From: an uncultured Methanosarcinales archaeon
GTDB taxonomy: Archaea > Nanobdellota > Nanobdellia > Woesearchaeales > GW2011-AR15
DNA: 59,542 bases
Direction of reading: 5' to 3'
NCBI GenBank assembly: GCA_964552005.1
Contig: CAZKFC010000004.1
Location: 1-59,542 of the forward strand
Of the stretch, positions 57,616 to 59,542 are shown piece by piece. Below the pieces are notes generated by a model that was not told the origin of the DNA, did no database searches, and worked only from the letters and a program-made list of their open reading frames with translations. The translations under genes and the position numbers were made by a program. Position 1 is the stretch's first letter, and each line of letters opens with the position of its first letter.

Positions 57616-58776
57616 ATGAAAAGGAAATTATTAATTGCTACGGATGGGTTTTTACCAAGATGGGACGGTATTTCCAGTTTTCTGCATGAGTTAATACCCA
57701 GGTTAGAAAAAAATTATAAGCTCCATATTTTTGCGCCTAATTTAGGCGGCTATAAATTTCCATATAAGGCTAAAATAACAAGGTTCAAAACTATTAGGGT
57801 AAGGTTAGCAGATAACTATTATGCCAGCTTAGTTAATATTAACACAATGGTCCGTGCCATTAAAAAAACAGATGTGGTGTGGATACAGTGTATGGGTCCT
57901 ATTGGTATATGGGGCATTATTTTAGGTAAAATTTACAAAAAACCTATTCTGATGTATAATCATATGCTGGAATGGGAAGTATATCCAAATAGCCAGGGCA
58001 TTAATATATTGAAAGTCCCGATTAATGTCATCACAAAAATGCTTAGCAGGGTTTTTTATAATATGTGTAAAACAATTATTGTGCCTAGTATAGAGCAAGT
58101 TGAATTACTTAATTTAATGGGTGTTAAATCTAATAAGAAAGTGGTCCATCTTGGCGTTGATATAAAACATTATAAACCGCCAATAAGTAAAGCAGAGGCC
58201 AAGCATAAGCTGGGTATTGATCCTGTGAAATTTGTTGTAGGATATGCCGGCCGGTTAAGTTTAGAGAAAGATCTCAAAACATTGTATAGAGCCTTTATTA
58301 GGTTAGCTAAAAAATACAATGATGTTGTTTTGTTGATAGCGGGCGGTGGCAGGCCAGAGCTGGAAAAAATGTTTTCTAATAAAGAAAATGTTATATTAAC
58401 AGGAATAAAGGATGATTTGCTGCCTTATTATCAAGCAATGGATGTTTATGTGCTGCCAAGTTTAACAGAAACAACTTCCTTAACAACAATGGAAGCTATG
58501 GCAGTTGGATGTTCTGTAATTGCTACTCCAGTAGGATTTGTTAAAGAATATATCAATGACGGTGTTAATGGTCTGTTATTTCCTAAAAAAAATTCTTACA
58601 CATTGTACAAAAAAATTGAATATTTATTAGAAAATTCTGATGAACGAGCTAAATTAGGTAAAAAAGCCCGGGAAACTATTGTGGAGAACTATACTTGGGA
58701 TAAGACAGCTGAAGGTATTAAAGATATTATTGACAGTTCAATGCCGTTCAAGGATAGAACTAACCTGACCAAGTAA
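57616..58776 (+). CDS. GT4 family glycosyltransferase
   Basis: GRLSLEK, ETTSLTTMEAMA, DGVNGLLF. Confidence 0.9.
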   Translation: MKRKLLIATDGFLPRWDGISSFLHELIPRLEKNYKLHIFAPNLGGYKFPYKAKITRFKTIRVRLADNYYASLVNINTMVRAIKKTDVVWIQCMGPIGIWGIILGKIYKKPILMYNHMLEWEVYPNSQGINILKVPINVITKMLSRVFYNMCKTIIVPSIEQVELLNLMGVKSNKKVVHLGVDIKHYKPPISKAEAKHKLGIDPVKFVVGYAGRLSLEKDLKTLYRAFIRLAKKYNDVVLLIAGGGRPELEKMFSNKENVILTGIKDDLLPYYQAMDVYVLPSLTETTSLTTMEAMAVGCSVIATPVGFVKEYINDGVNGLLFPKKNSYTLYKKIEYLLENSDERAKLGKKARETIVENYTWDKTAEGIKDIIDSSMPFKDRTNLTK

Positions 58777-59097
58777 CTGCGCAACCTTTCTCAAATCTTT
58801 TTCCAACTGCAAATTATGGATGCCTTCAGCATGTTCTTCTTGCAATATTTCTTTTAACTCATGAGAAAAATGTTCTAAATAATGTTGATATTCATGCAAT
58901 TCTTTTTTGCTAAGTTCTTTACTGTTTTTTAGTCTACTCTCGATCTTTTTTATGTTTTGTTTTTCATATTTTTTTAATTTATATGCGCGACTGCCAATGT
59001 CTTTCAACAACTCTTCTTCAGGAAAATGGCCATGGTCATCAGCATGTTTTAAACCGTGCTCTTGTCCGTATTGACCAGGATAACGCGCATTTGCCAT
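58738..59097 (-). CDS. hypothetical helical protein
   Basis: 119-aa charged ORF; overlaps the end of the GT4 gene. Confidence 0.55.
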   Translation of the reverse strand: MANARYPGQYGQEHGLKHADDHGHFPEEELLKDIGSRAYKLKKYEKQNIKKIESRLKNSKELSKKELHEYQHYLEHFSHELKEILQEEHAEGIHNLQLEKDLRKVAQLLGQVSSILERH

Positions 59098-59124
59098 ATA
59101 TCTAGACTAAAGAATAGCTATTAT

Positions 59125-59292
59125 TTATAGTTTTGGTTTTAAAAATCTGTTTATTATAAACGAAGAAATTACACCAAAAACCAAGATTATCCAGAATAAT
59201 AAGACAGATATTTTGCCAAGGGCCATTAAAATTAGATTAGAGACTAACATTACTATGAGTATTATAGCTGTAATTTTAATTAAGGTTTTCAT
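59125..59292 (-). CDS. 55-aa two-TM membrane protein
   Basis: MKTLIKITAIILIVMLVSNLILMALGKISVLLFWIILVFGVISSFIINRFLKPKL; below the ORF-track cutoff. Confidence 0.6.
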   Translation of the reverse strand: MKTLIKITAIILIVMLVSNLILMALGKISVLLFWIILVFGVISSFIINRFLKPKL

Positions 59293-59297
59293 TAAGT

Positions 59298-59471
59298 TTA
59301 TTTCTTTTTACTATAGAATTTATCTGGAAAGACTAAATGTAGCACACCTTTAAATGTTAATACAGCCCCTAGTACTAGCCACCAACTATATTTAAAATAA
59401 AGCTCGTTTGCTAGCACAATAAGGCCCAATATCAACATTTTCCATTCATGGTAACAGCCTTTATAATACAT
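59298..59471 (-). CDS. 57-aa two-TM membrane protein
   Basis: GGGGTGA RBS; MYYKGCYHEWKMLILGLIVLANELYFKYSWWLVLGAVLTFKGVLHLVFPDKFYSKKK. Confidence 0.65.
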   Translation of the reverse strand: MYYKGCYHEWKMLILGLIVLANELYFKYSWWLVLGAVLTFKGVLHLVFPDKFYSKKK

Positions 59472-59542
59472 ACTTAATCACCCCTACTCTTTATTTTATG
59501 AGAATTAAGAATATGACGTATTTAAATGTTTTTATAGAAAAA

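Overview
AT-rich archaeal chromosome segment (TFB, Rpo4, L21e, L15e, S6e, archaeal AlaRS, BHB-intron tRNAs). A DPANN, Woesearchaeota-like origin is inferred, not proven. Main candidate for a new system: a self-contained minus-strand locus at 338-5946 with the order membrane protein A - JAB peptidase A - tandem-ThiF E1 (inactive + active adenylation domains) - JAB peptidase B - membrane protein B. It has no ubiquitin-like or E2 gene, and the two JAB genes share recently homogenised DNA. Divergent from it is an ~19 kb surface-protein cluster: a 4372-aa repeat protein with an ~840-bp apparently exact internal duplication, two Ig-fold partners, an HTH regulator and two secreted paralogs. A third paralog lies behind a catalytically dead tyrosine-recombinase gene. 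Six tRNAs were read by hand, including a tRNA-Val(TAC) with three BHB introns. A short double-hairpin repeat recurs next to or inside four of these tRNAs (six copies), sometimes with duplicated tRNA ends. The rest is housekeeping and metabolism (H+-PPase, OFOR, ferredoxins, CorA, NreA, Nth). No CRISPR array or intact mobile element was seen. All family calls come from motif reading; no searches were run.
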